A stretch of DNA of 64,000 bases from Anolis carolinensis (Eukaryota), in assembly GCF_035594765.1 (NCBI RefSeq), contig NC_085841.1:150583574-150647573 (forward strand). The letters run 5' to 3'. The translations under genes were made by a program, and so were the position numbers. The notes beneath the pieces are model-generated. The model had not been told where the DNA came from, did no database searches, and was given only the letters and a program-made list of their open reading frames with translations. Shown one piece after another: positions 41,699 to 53,440 of the stretch; position 1 is the first letter of the stretch; every line of letters begins with the position of its first letter.

Positions 41699-42909
41699 CA
41701 GAATTGATTATTTGAGGCAGCTGTTTCAAACTATCTCTAATGGTAGGACTTGTTCTGCCTGCATCTGAGAAAGTACAGGCAGCTATCTCTTCTCATCTCT
41801 GAAAACAAGAATCATCATAAAGCTGCTGTTCAACTGAAATGGTTACTAACTTCTGTGGCATGGCAGTCTATAAATTAAAGAACGCTTAAATCCCATAGGA
41901 ACTATTACTGGTGTTTTATTTTTGAAAGTTCCTTAGAAGTTGACTCATCCTTTCCTGCTCAGAATAACTGTCAGCAATAAAACAGGGAGTGCATCAATTG
42001 GTGAGAAAGGCATGAAACATTCAAACTAGAATAAATGGTGTCTTTTGCAGGTCACAGTGGGCTTTAAAGCCCACAATACTGGGCTTGTTCCGTGTGATAC
42101 ATCTGCACTGGTTTGAAACAAATTTATCATGGTTTCTTATTTAAAAAGAAAGGTAGGGATTATGTTTTTTTCCTCAACATTCGAAGTATTCTCCTGATTT
42201 CTTGGTTGACAGCCACTCCAGTCTGAAAATGATGTAAAGTAAGTGAACATAGCATTTTGCCCAACCAGAGCCCTTCAGATATATTGGAACACAACTCCCA
42301 CCATCCCCGACCAGCCTAGCCATTTAGCTGTGCTTCTGTGGAATGAGGAGGTGTCATGACTGACATGTCTGGAAGGCAACTGTTGATGGTATAGTCTTCC
42401 ACAACTTTTGTTAGCATTGCAAGGTCAGCCAACAGCCAATTATCTTTTGGTAGTATCTTTTTAGTCTGTACCAGAAGATATCTATTCTTGCAAAGTGGAA
42501 GGGGAGTATCAGAAATTCAGGGTAGAAATGAAAGGAGGTATTCAAAAACATTTGAAAAGCGGTTGAAAAATTCAGGTTTCAAATATGTGTAAATTCACAT
42601 GTGATTGTTTTGTGCTGAAAATATTTCTGCACATAAATTTTCTATGCAAAATATTTTGTTTGCTGTACAAAAGAATGCTGTTTTCTGTCCAAATCTTTTA
42701 CAGAATACATCCCAAATTGTCAGTAGGGTACAAAAACGGCATGCATTTCAAAGAATTTATCACAAAAGGAAGATAATTGTTTAAATTATGCATTGTTTCC
42801 TTCTAGAAGAAAATTAGTGAATTAAACTTCTATATCAGGGAATAGATATTTGTTTACCACCAAGACAGATACCTATTCAGAGTCCTACTCAATTTACCCT
42901 CTGTATGTC

Positions 42910-43105
42910 AAGTTATTATTATTGTTTAGGTTTTAATTGTTTGTTGACTTTTTTATGTTTTCATGTAGTTATGATGTTTTACTCATTGATCTGTATTTTA
43001 ACTGTTGTTGTTTGGGCTTGTTCCCATGTGAGCCACCCAGAGTCCCTTCGGCGAGATGGAGGCAGGATACAAAAATAAAGTTATTATTATTAATAATAAT
43101 AATCT
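42910..43105 (+). mobile_element. L2-type 3' tail in OSR1 intron 2
   Basis: gtgagccacccagagtcccttcggcgagatggaggcaggatacaaaaataaag(tta)n; matches the tail at ~61410. Confidence 0.6.
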
Positions 43106-44209
43106 TCATGGAAATTGTGGAGGAAACGACTGGTTATCTACTATACGAAGAAGCAAGCTTTCCTTTCTTGTTGCTAATGTAAGTGGTGTTTTACAAAGAT
43201 CATGACTATTTTTGGCATTAACCATAGCATCCATGCTATAACAGTAAATGGAAGCAGTAAAGATGGTGTCTGAGAAGGAATTTGGGGCAAAGTTCTGGAA
43301 AGTGAACTCATTAGATTGGACCAGAAAACCATGAAACAGGTAGAATCGATGTATGTCATTTTGAAGCAGAGCAAATACAAATGATGGAACTGGCAAAACC
43401 GTATCTGACTATTTATTGTTTAAGAAAACCTTGTGAAATTAATGTGATTGCCATAAATTAACTTGAAGACAGACACACACGCACACACGCACGCACACAC
43501 ACACAAACCCACAACTACTCAAATCAGCCTTCCTGAACCTGCCACTGTGCAAAGTTTTTGGACTCACAACCCCATGAATCTTAGCCAAAGTGGTTTGGCA
43601 GTATCAGAGTAGGAGAAGACCAGAGTTCCCATCACATGAATTAAGTCTAGATCTTAAAACAGAGGTGGTCAACTAGCGACTACAACCTTTATCACCCATT
43701 ACAACTAACTGTGCTGAACAGCACTGATGGAAGAATTTCTGGATAACTATAAGTTACCCTTCTTTTTCTAAAATTGCCAAACTCTGCCAATTACATCTTA
43801 TAGATCCTGCATTTGTTTGCTTGTTTGCATTCAACTAGGAACTCTTTTTTAAAATATTCTAGAAAAAAAATAAGAAGCAATCACAAAGCAAACCCAACAG
43901 ATGAGGAATAGGTTTGGGCCCGGATCAGTTTGACCGAAAGTGGTTTGTAATATTTGGTGGTCTGTTTCGTGTAATTCCTGAAAACAGAACGGGGAGGAGG
44001 GAATGAAAAAGCTGGGCAAAATGGATCAAGAGAGCTGGATTTATCTACTACTGGAGAGGATGGAGTTAAAGTCTGCAATATACCTGAGGCGGGGGTCTGA
44101 CACATTTCCTGCTTTAGCCCTGCTGGGAACTCGCTTTCCCAGCAGCACTTGCATGGGACAGGTATTGAAAAATCTCCAGAATTTCTCTTGGAACATGATG
44201 TAAGTTGAA

Positions 44210-44249
<40 letters not shown>

Positions 44250-45278
44250 CAATAAAAAGCATGGTCATGTCCATGCTGATTGGCTGAGAATGGACACAAC
44301 TGGTGACTACAATTGCCAGAACCCTTACAGATTGTCTTATTTTTGAAAATGTTATAGTAAAAACTTAAGATAATTCTAAAAAATCAATAGATTGGTAAAT
44401 TATTCTAAAACTTGGCATGCCTGCAGTTGTAAATGGGGTCTAAAACTGAGGAAGGTTTCATGCAGATAGGCCTTAAAATGACTGAGGATTGAGCCTCTAA
44501 AGTTTCCCATTGTAGCCAATGGGCCAAATCTTTGCTGAATGAAACCTAACTTCCGGTAAACAGAATGAGGGGTTAGCTGAAAATGGATCCCAAAACGGTA
44601 TGTCTTTTGGCTGAATTGCACAAGCCTAATAAGGAAAACAAAGGATATAGAACCATCGGATTTGTATGTGATCTCATTTCAATTTTTAAAAACCATGTTC
44701 TGGCAAATATATAAACAGCATAGAGTTACGTTTTTGAGTTTAACATGGGCCATTTATCAATGATAGTTAGATAATTCCATCTTTCCACCAAGTCCCCTAA
44801 CTATAATAAAACACTTAAAGCATAAAATTACACTTTATTAAAATTCAATTAAAGCATAAAGCTTTACTATAAAGTATTTCATTTGTGTAAATAATTACTA
44901 AAAACAAAAAATCTCATTAAACCATGATGCGGAATGTGTACCTTTCCAGATTTTGCTGATCTACAATTCCCATCAATGAGCAAAGCATCCCCCCCCCCTT
45001 GCTGAGTTAAAAGCAAACTACATTTGAACTTTGAACTTCGTTTCCAGAAATTGAAGTGAGCAGAAGGCAAAGGGGAAAAGTGGAAGACATACAAACTGGG
45101 ACATTGTGAAGTCATTTGAAAAAGTAGGATAGCAGAGGATTAATAAAGATGGTTTGAGCCAAATTGAGACAGTTGAAGGTTATGGAATAATCAATGACCA
45201 CTGAGGGTGGGAGTTGCAGTTTAGCAACATCTGAAAGGCCACATGTTCTCTACTTCTGCATTCAAACCAGGGACATAC

Positions 45279-45925
45279 CTGTGATCCCTCAAGTGATCTT
45301 GTCTTCTGAAGGCCTTGTGGCAAATGTCGCATGTGTATGGCCTCTCATCTGTGTGGGTTCGTTCATGGATCAAAAGGTTGTAGGACTTGGTGAAGTGTCT
45401 CCCGCAGAATTTGCAGACAAATTCCTTCTTGGTTTTGGAGGGTAACCTGCCACGGGTAGGTTTCTTCTCAGGGGAAAGTTTGGTGACATCAAGCAAGGAG
45501 CCTAAGCCGGGAGGGGAGCCTTGGCTCTCCATCTGTCCCAGTTTGGCGTGGTCCTCTTGGGTGGCTGCCACGGCAAGATTAGCAAAATCAAATCTGGGCT
45601 TGACTTTGAGGGGCACAGTGGCAGCTTCGTGCTTGGGATGGATGACATGGGGAAAAAGAGGGAAAGCTGGCAGCTGGAATCGGGCATCCACCAGGCTGGC
45701 GACACCAGGCACTTTGGAGAAGGAGGAGCGTGGCAGGTGCATGGCTGGGTAGCCCAGGGTCCATTGGTGAAGGTGGACAGCATGGAGAGCACTGAAGCCA
45801 TATAGATTTGGCAAGTGGTCCGAAGGCACTGCAGGAAGGCCATTGAAAGCTTGAAGAAAGGAATAGTTGGTGAGTTGCAGGGAAGGGTGGATGGGCACCG
45901 GGGCAGGCAAAGTCTTGCTACCCAT
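45279..45925 (-). CDS. OSR1: Odd-skipped-related 1, first coding exon (ATG, eh1-like motif, C2H2 fingers 1-2)
   Basis: Translation [25 protein letters not shown]...[10 protein letters not shown]...[47 protein letters not shown] matches vertebrate OSR1. Kozak context gctATCATGG at 45925. Donor AG|GTATGT (GT 45278-45277); 647 nt, phase 2. Confidence 0.97.
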
Positions 45926-45959
45926 GATAGCGGAGAAGCCTGAGAAAGGAGCCAAGCAC
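45926..45959 (-). other. OSR1: 5'UTR part of the OSR1 first coding exon, after a strong 3' splice site
   Basis: Polypyrimidine tract tctctctttccctcctccctccctttcctgcAG (AG 45961-45960) 34 nt before the ATG; implies an upstream non-coding exon. Confidence 0.85.
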
Positions 45960-46457
45960 CTGCAGGAAAGGGAGGGAGGAGGGAAAGAGAGACACACACT
46001 CTTCATTACTGAGGGTGTAAAGTATGTTTTTTTAATATATATATTGAGCATTTACTTTGCATGAACACACTTGCCCTGAATAAAGAAGGCGGAAACTATT
46101 ACAGCATATTGCTAACAGATCGAGATGCTAATCTGAAAGTCAAGAGTTCAAATCTTTGTCTGGGCAAAGGAACCAAACTCCACTTCCTCTCCCCCACCCT
46201 CCCACATGTTACTTTTTAAGGCTACAACTCAACATTAGGCAGGGAATGGTGCCATTTTTGGACCCTGGCTCCCTCAAATCTTCCAATCAAAATGATCAAT
46301 GGGAATTGTAATCCAAAAGTAATCCTCTTCAAACTCTTCATTGCCTAAAAACGGGGATAAGAATACTGGCTTGACTGATTGATGGATTCCCAACACATCT
46401 GGCTGAAGTTGGTATTTTTCAAGATGGTAAAATTCAAAGACATAGAGAGTCATGTTA

Positions 46458-47213
46458 GGCCCTATTTACACTGCAATATAAAATCCATTTTATCTGCTTT
46501 GAAATGGATTATATGGCGGTGTAGAGTCATCTAATGCAGTTCAAAACAGATACTCTGGATAATATGCTTTGATAATCTGGAGTATATGGCAGTGTGGAAG
46601 GAGCCTTAGTCTGGATCAGTCTGCAAAAGACTCTTGTACCACCTTGAGAGAAAGAAGTTGGTAGCATAAGATTTTCTAGGCTTAAGTCTACTTTGTTAGA
46701 TGCATGTAATGAAGAAGGCTTAAGTCTGCAAAAGATTATACTACCAATTTCTTTCTGTCAGTCTCTGAAGTGCTGCACAATCCCTTGACATACCAATTTG
46801 AACCTCACAGACATTCACATTGACAGACATCAATAAGTCTGCATGTAACCTCTTCTACACTGCCATATAAAATCCAGATTATCTGCTTTGAAATGAATTA
46901 TATGGCAGTGTAGACTCAGATAATCCAATTTAAAGCAGATAATGTGGATTATGTCTATGTGATCAAAGTCCTTCCTGGGGGAGAGATAAAAAAAAATATG
47001 TTTGTTGAGATCAAAACAGTTGCCCACATCATTCATGGTGTAGTGATACACAGAATTAGTTCACTTTCTCTTATCCAAGACCCCTTCTGCATTGTCATAC
47101 CTTAGGATCTGATCCCAGATTATATGGCAGTAGAGACTCATATAATCCAATCCAAAGCAGATAACCTGGGATCACATCCTAGGATATAAATAAGTACAGT
47201 GTAGAAGGGGCCC
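46458..47213. mobile_element. Several Harbinger-type MITEs (46458-46606, 46849-46950, 47080-47213)
   Basis: Same palindromic family. Confidence 0.6.
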
Positions 47214-47494
47214 AAGTCTCAATTTTGATTCAATTCTTATTCAGTTCATAATGCTAGATAATCTTCATTGGGTCTCTGAAGAACAGCCTATGCTTTGCTA
47301 GATGTTGTGTGGTAAGGAGAGTGGAAAACAAACAAGCAAACAGCTTTGTGTTGCCCTCTAGCAGAGCAATAAATCAAGTTTTATTTTCCCTCTTGACAGA
47401 TGTATTTCCCCTCTTGCCAGATGTGCCCATATCTGGCAAGAGAGAAAATAAAACTTGATGTATTGCTCTGCTAGAGCGCAACACAACTGTGGCA

Positions 47495-47706
47495 GCATCT
47501 ACACTGTAGAATCAATACAGTTTGACACCACTGAACTACCATGGTTCAATGCGATGGAATGGGGAAGTTTGTAGTTTGGTGAGCCACCAGTCCTCTTTGG
47601 CAGAGAAGGCTAAAAATATTGTAAAACTGAAACTCCCAAGCTTCCAAAGCATTGAGCCATGGCAGTTAAGGTAGTATCACATTGCATTCATTCCTCAGTG
47701 TAGATA
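47495..47706. mobile_element. ~200-bp MITE (catctacactgtagaat family; relatives at ~26833, 39893, 51361, 57830)
   Basis: TIR catctacactg / cagtgtagat; internal ctctttggcagagaaggctaaa. Confidence 0.6.
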
Positions 47707-48189
47707 ATTGTGTGCAGATAATTGTTTGTTTTGGACTCTGCTTATATTACTCCTAGCAAAATATCAGGTCTTTCCCACTGGCTGCTATAATTTTCCAGGG
47801 ATCCAACGAGAGTTAATAATGATAATCCATAATAAAAGTAAAAATATGCAAGTATTTGTGTGGCTAAGATAACAACTTGCACAGAAAGGCTCCCACTTCC
47901 TCAAACAGCTATAGCTCCCACTTCCCAGGAGACAGCAATGGCCCTCCCTTCAATGACACTGCAGGTTATAGCAAGCACTGTAAACATGTCAAAAAGCCCT
48001 GTCAATGTCAACACATCACACTGCCCACCACTCAAGTGAAGGCTTTCCTTCAGGGACAATTTCATCCTCAATTTTCTGTTTTTCCTCCACCACAGACATT
48101 CCAGTGTTCCTTACTCTTTCCATTGGTGTGGAATTTGCATGTCTCTGTCCACTACCTCTCCCATAATCCTTTACTATTCTTTTCTATGG

Positions 48190-49495
48190 CACATAGCAAA
48201 CAGAGGAATTGATCAGCCACTGAACATACTGGAGGGGTTTGGGGGACTGACTCAACATGATGGAAGTTGTAATTCACCCTGCACTGTGACCCCCACAGAC
48301 AATAAACCTGGACCACATTTGGCAGCAGAGCCCCAGGTGGATTAGTGGGTTAAAGCCTTGTGACTTGAAGGATGGGTTGATGACCTGAAGGCTGCCAGGT
48401 TCGAATCCCACCCGGGGAGAGCTCCCTCTATCAGCTCCAGCTCCATACGGGGACATGAGAGAAGCCTCCCACAAGGATGGTAAAAACATCCAGGCCTTGC
48501 AGACGGCCAATTCTCTCCCCTGGGCCAATTCTCTCCCCTGGGCAACGTCCTTGCAGACGGCCAATTCTCTCACACCAGAAACCACTCAGGTTGCTCCTAA
48601 CACACACACACACACACACAAAGCAGAGCCCCCAAAACCATTGCAAAATACTAGAGAGGTTTGGGGAGAATTGACCCTGATTTATAGGAATTGTAGGTAC
48701 TAGGATTTATAGTTCACCTGCAATCAAAGAACACTTTGAAACCCACCAAAAAGGGAATTGGACCAAACTTGGAACACAGAACCCTCATAACCAGCAGAAA
48801 ATACTGGTCTTTGGGGAAATCTTTGGAAATCTTTGGGGAAAAGTCACCTGGATATGGGAGAGTTGTAATTCACCTACATTTAGAGAACATTGTGAACCCA
48901 AAAGCAGAAGGATCTGGACCAAACTTGACACTCATACCTGATACACCCAAATTTTATTACAGGAGGCGTTTGGGAGAGATTGACCTTCAGTTTTGGGAGC
49001 TGTAGTTCACTTACAACCAGAGAAACTGTGACCACCCCCCTCACCCCCCCCCACACACACACACCAATGATGGACCATAATCAAATTTGGCACACAGAAC
49101 CCCATGACCAACTGAACATACTGGAGGTGTTTGAGGGGAACTGACCTTCATTTCTGGGAGTTGTAGTTCACCAATATCCGTAGACACGGTCACCACCATC
49201 TCAATAGACCAAGACCACACTTGGCACACAGAACCCCCATGACCAACTGAACCCACTGTAAGGGTTTGAGGGGACTGACTAACCATGGTGGGAGTTGTAG
49301 TTTACCCTGCAGTTGGATCGCACACTGAACTCCACCGAAGCACTATGATGCAGCCAGAGCAAACTTGCCCAACATAACAAGTACTTATGGAGTGCCGGGG
49401 GTCAACCTGGCATGGTGTGAGTTGTAGTTCACCCACAACCGCATGCATTTTGTAAAATAAAAAAAATACTTTTTCAAATAACCCCAGCACTATAT
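48190..49495 (+). repeat. Element built of degenerate ~120-180-bp tandem units, possibly Helitron/Helentron-associated
   Basis: Recurrent gaacatactggaggg-tttgggg...gggagttgtagttcacc...accaaacttggcacacagaacccc (about 7 units). Confidence 0.5.
48328..48621 (+). mobile_element. Anolis SINE2-like element with (CA)n tail and internal tandem duplications
   Basis: B box ggttcgaatccc; TSD agcagagcccc (48324, 48622). Confidence 0.75.
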
Positions 49496-50185
49496 AAAAC
49501 ACTATCTTGCACTACAAGCCCCAAAGCAAGTCCAATACCCTCTTTCTTCCCACTTATTGGAGAGAAGGGGGGGGGCAACACGCGTTGGAAGCAAGGCACG
49601 ACTCCCCTTTTTCCCAGCAAAAGGAAAAAACTTGCGTTTGTCTCGGCCAGAAGCTGCTGTTTCTGCCCGACGAGGCCTCCTTTCTCTCCCTCTCCCTCCT
49701 CTTAAACTCTGACCTCCAATTTGCTTCGGAAAGCGGAGGACAAGGCTAGAACAGGGCCGACTTCAAAGCTAGGCCTCTGCAACTCGCCTTCGGCGGGAAA
49801 CGGCTTGCTTTTTCGAGGGCGGAAAGTTTGCTGGCTGGTCTTTGGCTCCTGGAGTGTGTGTGCCTTTAAGTCGCCTGTCGACTTCTGGACACCCCATGAA
49901 TTGCATTGGACTTAGTTCAGGTCCTTGTTCCGAACGGGAGATCATCCTTGTCCAGGTCTTTACTGGGCGAATCTCACATCCAAATACCAACCAGGATTTA
50001 GTATCTAAAGTCAGGCTGCACCTCCTGCCTATGTTTAATTTATTACTTGGGAGTCAGAGCCATCTCATTGTCCTAGGCCACCGACCTCGAAGGAAGACAA
50101 TCACAGGCTTCTCTTGTTCAGATGAGGTTTGTCATTGTATTGCCGAAGGCTTTCATAAACTGTATGGCCATGTTCCAGAAGCATT

Positions 50186-50237
50186 CTCTCCTGACGTTTC
50201 GCCCACATCTATGGCAGGCATCATCAGAAGTTGTGAG
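50186..50237 (-). ncRNA. Minimal type-I hammerhead ribozyme (Penelope-associated), intact core
   Basis: ctcacaactt CUGAUGA u GCCUGC cauagau GUGGGC GAAAC GUC|aggagag; predicted cut between 50193 and 50192. Confidence 0.8.
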
Positions 50238-50998
50238 GTCTGTTGGAAACTAGGCAAGTGAGGTTTATATATCTGTGGAAGGTCCAGGATGGGAGAAAGA
50301 ACTCTTGTCTCTTTGAGGCAAGTGTGAATGATGCAACTGGCCACCTTGATTAGCACTGAATAGCTTTGCAGCTTCAAAGCCTGGCTGGTTGGTGCCTGGG
50401 GGAATCCTTTATTGAGAGGTGTTAATTGGCCCTGATTGATTCCTGTGTGGAAATTCCCTGTCTTCTGGGTGTTGTTCTTTATTTGCTGTCCTGATTTTAG
50501 AGGTGTTTTTTTTAAATACTGGCAGCCAGATTTTGTTTATTTTCATGGTTTCCTCCTTTCTGTTGAAATTGTTCACATGCTTGTGGATTTCAGTGGCTTC
50601 TCTGTGTAGTCTGAAGTGGTAGTTGTTCGTGTGGTCCAGCATTTCTGTGTTCTCAAATAATTTGCTGTGAATAACGTATGTCTACCAGTAATTTTAAAAA
50701 CTCTAAAATCAGAACAATAAATCAAGAACAACACCCAAGAACTTGGGAATACCAGACAAGAAACAATCAGGGCCGGTTAACACCTCCCAGCAAATGATTC
50801 CCCAGGCAGGAAGCAGCCAAGCTTTGAAACTGCAAGGCTATTCAATGCCAACCAAGGTGGCCAATTGCAACATTCACACTTGCTTCTAAACGACAAGAGT
50901 TCTTTCTCCCACCCAGGCTTTCCACAGATTTATAAACCTCACCTGCCCAGTTTCCAACAAACCTCACAACCTCTGAGGATACCTGCCATTGATGTGGG

Positions 50999-51282
50999 GG
51001 TTTTTTCGTGTTAGGGTCAACTTGAGGAACTGCAAGTTGCTTCTGGTTTGAAAGAATTGGCCTTCTGCAAGAAAGTTGCCCAGGGAACAACCGGATGGAT
51101 GTCATTTTTTTTTTTTACTATCCTTGTGGGAGGCTTCTTTCATGTCCCCACATAGGGAGCTGGAGCTGACAGAGGAAGCTCATCCACACTCTCCCGGGTT
51201 GGATTCGAACCAGATCAGCAACCCAGCCTTTATGTCAGCAGTCCTGCCAGCACAAGCTAACCCATTGCTCCAGCGGGGCTCC
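50999..51282 (-). mobile_element. Anolis SINE2-like element inserted in a Penelope hammerhead
   Basis: TSD cattgatgtggg / tatagatgtggg. Confidence 0.75.
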
Positions 51283-52229
51283 TATAGATGTGGGTGAAAT
51301 GTCAGGAGAGAATGCTTCTGGAACATGGCCATACAGCCCGGGAAAACTCACAACCACCCAGTTTGATACCGTTTTAACTGCCACAAGTCAGTGCTCTTGA
51401 ATCCTGGGAGTTGTAGTCTGACTAGGCAGCAGCACTCTTTGGCAGAGAAGGATGAAACCCTTGCAAAACTACAGCTCCAAGGAAACCATCGCATTGAGCC
51501 ATGGGAGTTCAAGCGGTTTCAACCCGTATTCATTCTACAGTGCAGATCCACCCTTTGTGTGTGTGTGATGGGCAGGAGAGGGTGCTCAAGGGAAGTGGGC
51601 ATCCGACCTAAAAACAGAGACTTTCTTTCTTATTTTAGAAGGAGGGAGGCAAGGAAGGAGAAACGCAATCTGCTCGCCCGGGGTTTCTTAGGTTCCCGGA
51701 TCATCGCACTCCAGAGCTACTCCGAATCCACCTTTCACACCACTTTACATAAATCAGCTTTAAAAAAGAGGGAGGGAGAGAGAGAGTAGGAAAATGGGGA
51801 GGAAAAGAGGAAGGGGAGGGGGGGAGAGGGGAGTCTCGCAGCTCCGAGGAATTCCATCGCATTGACCCAGAATAAACGGGGGTGACATTTGGCCAGGATT
51901 TGCCTTTTCTAATTGGATAAATTTGGTATAGTGGCAGATGGAAACAGCACAACCTGCCTCCAGACCACATCTCTCTCGCACACCCTTTTACACAGGCAGG
52001 CTCCATTAACTGTTTAAGGGAGAGGTTTGAATCCTACACTGTCCTATATCTCAGGATCTGATCCCAGATGATCTGCTTTGAACTGGATTATACGAGTCTC
52101 CACTACCAGATAATCTGGGATAAAAAGATAATTTGGGATCAGATCCTGGGATATAGGGCAGTGTGGGAGGGGCCCAAGCGGCTCTTTCCCAGATAGTTTT
52201 ATTTCTACAACTCACTCACCAACACAATT

Positions 52230-52420
52230 GAAGCATTCTCTCCTGACGTTTCGCCCACATCTATGGCAGGCATCCTCAGTGGTTGTGAGGTCTGTTGGAA
52301 ACTAGGCAAGTGGGGTTTATATATCTGCGGAATGTCCAGGGTGGGAGAAAGAACTGTCTGTTGGAGGCAAATGTGAATGTTGCAATTGATCACCTTGATT
52401 AGAATTAAATGACCTTGCAT
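52230..52420 (-). mobile_element. Penelope-like pseudo-LTR fragment
   Basis: Same family sequence; contains a hammerhead. Confidence 0.8.
52238..52289 (-). ncRNA. Minimal hammerhead ribozyme, core intact, stem I first pair mismatched
   Basis: ctcacaacca CUGAGGA u GCCUGC...GUGGGC GAAAC GUC|aggagag; cut site 52245/52244. Confidence 0.7.
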
Positions 52421-52904
52421 TGATTAGAATTAAAAGACAAGTATCAACTGTCACAGTAATACAGAATAAAAATTGAATGTCATTCAACATATATTTAGTT
52501 CAATGCACCAATATGAATACAAAAATAAAGTCATTGCTATACAGTAAGACATAAGACTGTTACGTCCACAGTAAAAGCAATATTTTTCATTTGTAAGATG
52601 AATTGACTCCTCTTCTCATACACATCAATTGTTTTTATTTCTTTACTAAGGAACTCATCACACTAGATCTCACCCACTTTAAATCCGCTTTAGGGAGGGG
52701 CCTTTAAACAGCTCAGCCAGACAGGTTCTGGGCCTCACCAAACCACAAACCCCAGAATTCTACAGGAGGCAGAAACCAGATTTAAAGTGGATTCATGCTC
52801 CAGTGTGATGAGGCATTAAGAAATAGTAGACTCCAAAATGACAACCGTTTTTCGACTCAAAAGTGTCTTCATCAGGTGGAATGTAGTCTATTATCTATTC
52901 AACT

Positions 52905-53440
52905 CGATTAACATTGAATAGCATTGCAGATTCAAAACCTGGCTGCTTCCTGCCTGAGGAAGCACAAGAAGCATCAGAGAAGCTTCCTGAGAAGCCATTG
53001 AAATCCACAAGCATGTGAACAATTTCAACAGAAAGTAAACACAATCTGGCTACCAGTATTTTTAAAAAAACTCTAAAATCAGGACATTAAATAAAGAATA
53101 ACATTTAAAAAAAACCAGAGGAAATCCAGACAAGAAATAATCAGGGCCATCTAATCACCTCCCAACAAATGATTCCCCCAGGCAGGAATCAGCCAAGCTT
53201 TGAAGCTGCAAGGCCATTCAATGCTAATCAAGGTGATCAATTGAAACATTCACAGTTACCTCTAACGGACAAGAGTTCTTCCTCCCAACCTGGACCTTGC
53301 ACAGATATATAAACCCCATTTGCCTAGTTTCCAACAGACCTCACAACCTCTGAGGATGCCTGCCATAGATGTGGGCGAAACGTCAGGAGGGAATGCTTCT
53401 GTAACATGGCCTTAGAGCCCAGAAAACTCACAGCAACCCA
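52905..53440 (+). mobile_element. Penelope-like element 3' part (short inverted piece plus plus-strand copy)
   Basis: gagaagccattgaaatccacaagcatgtgaacaatttcaacagaaag (endonuclease end) through ggaaaactcacagcaaccca-type terminus. Confidence 0.8.
53340..53391 (+). ncRNA. Minimal hammerhead ribozyme, intact
   Basis: ctcacaacct CTGAGGA tgcctgc catagat gtgggc GAAAC GTC|aggaggg; cut after 53384. Confidence 0.8.

Larger units (their letters stand above)
50156..51360. mobile_element. Penelope-like element: minus copy with GIY-YIG endonuclease C-terminal remnant plus inverted plus copy (SINE-interrupted)
   Basis: ORF 50409-50642 LDHTNNYHFRLHREATEIHKHVNNFNRKEETMKINKIWLPVFK resembles the end of Penelope GIY-YIG (conserved E...N); pseudo-LTR with hammerhead. 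Confidence 0.82.

Noticed and set aside
44243-44289. Inverted CCAAT-box pair hairpin
   Set aside because: Resembles the palindromic centre of decayed hAT MITEs common in this window.
45221-45278. C-terminal [18 protein letters not shown] of the same ORF
   Set aside because: Intron read-through past the AG|GTATGT donor.
45279-45925. OSR2 as gene identity
   Set aside because: [34 protein letters not shown] and the VKELK..KC tail are OSR1-type.
45926-46051. 42-aa N-terminal extension of ORF 45221..46051
   Set aside because: Runs through a polypyrimidine tract and AG acceptor; the family starts at MGSK.
45194-46064. Antisense and alternative-frame ORFs over the OSR1 exon
   Set aside because: Shadow ORFs of GC-rich coding sequence.
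48190-49495. CRISPR-like array
   Set aside because: Eukaryotic DNA; whole units are homologous with no unique spacers or cas genes.
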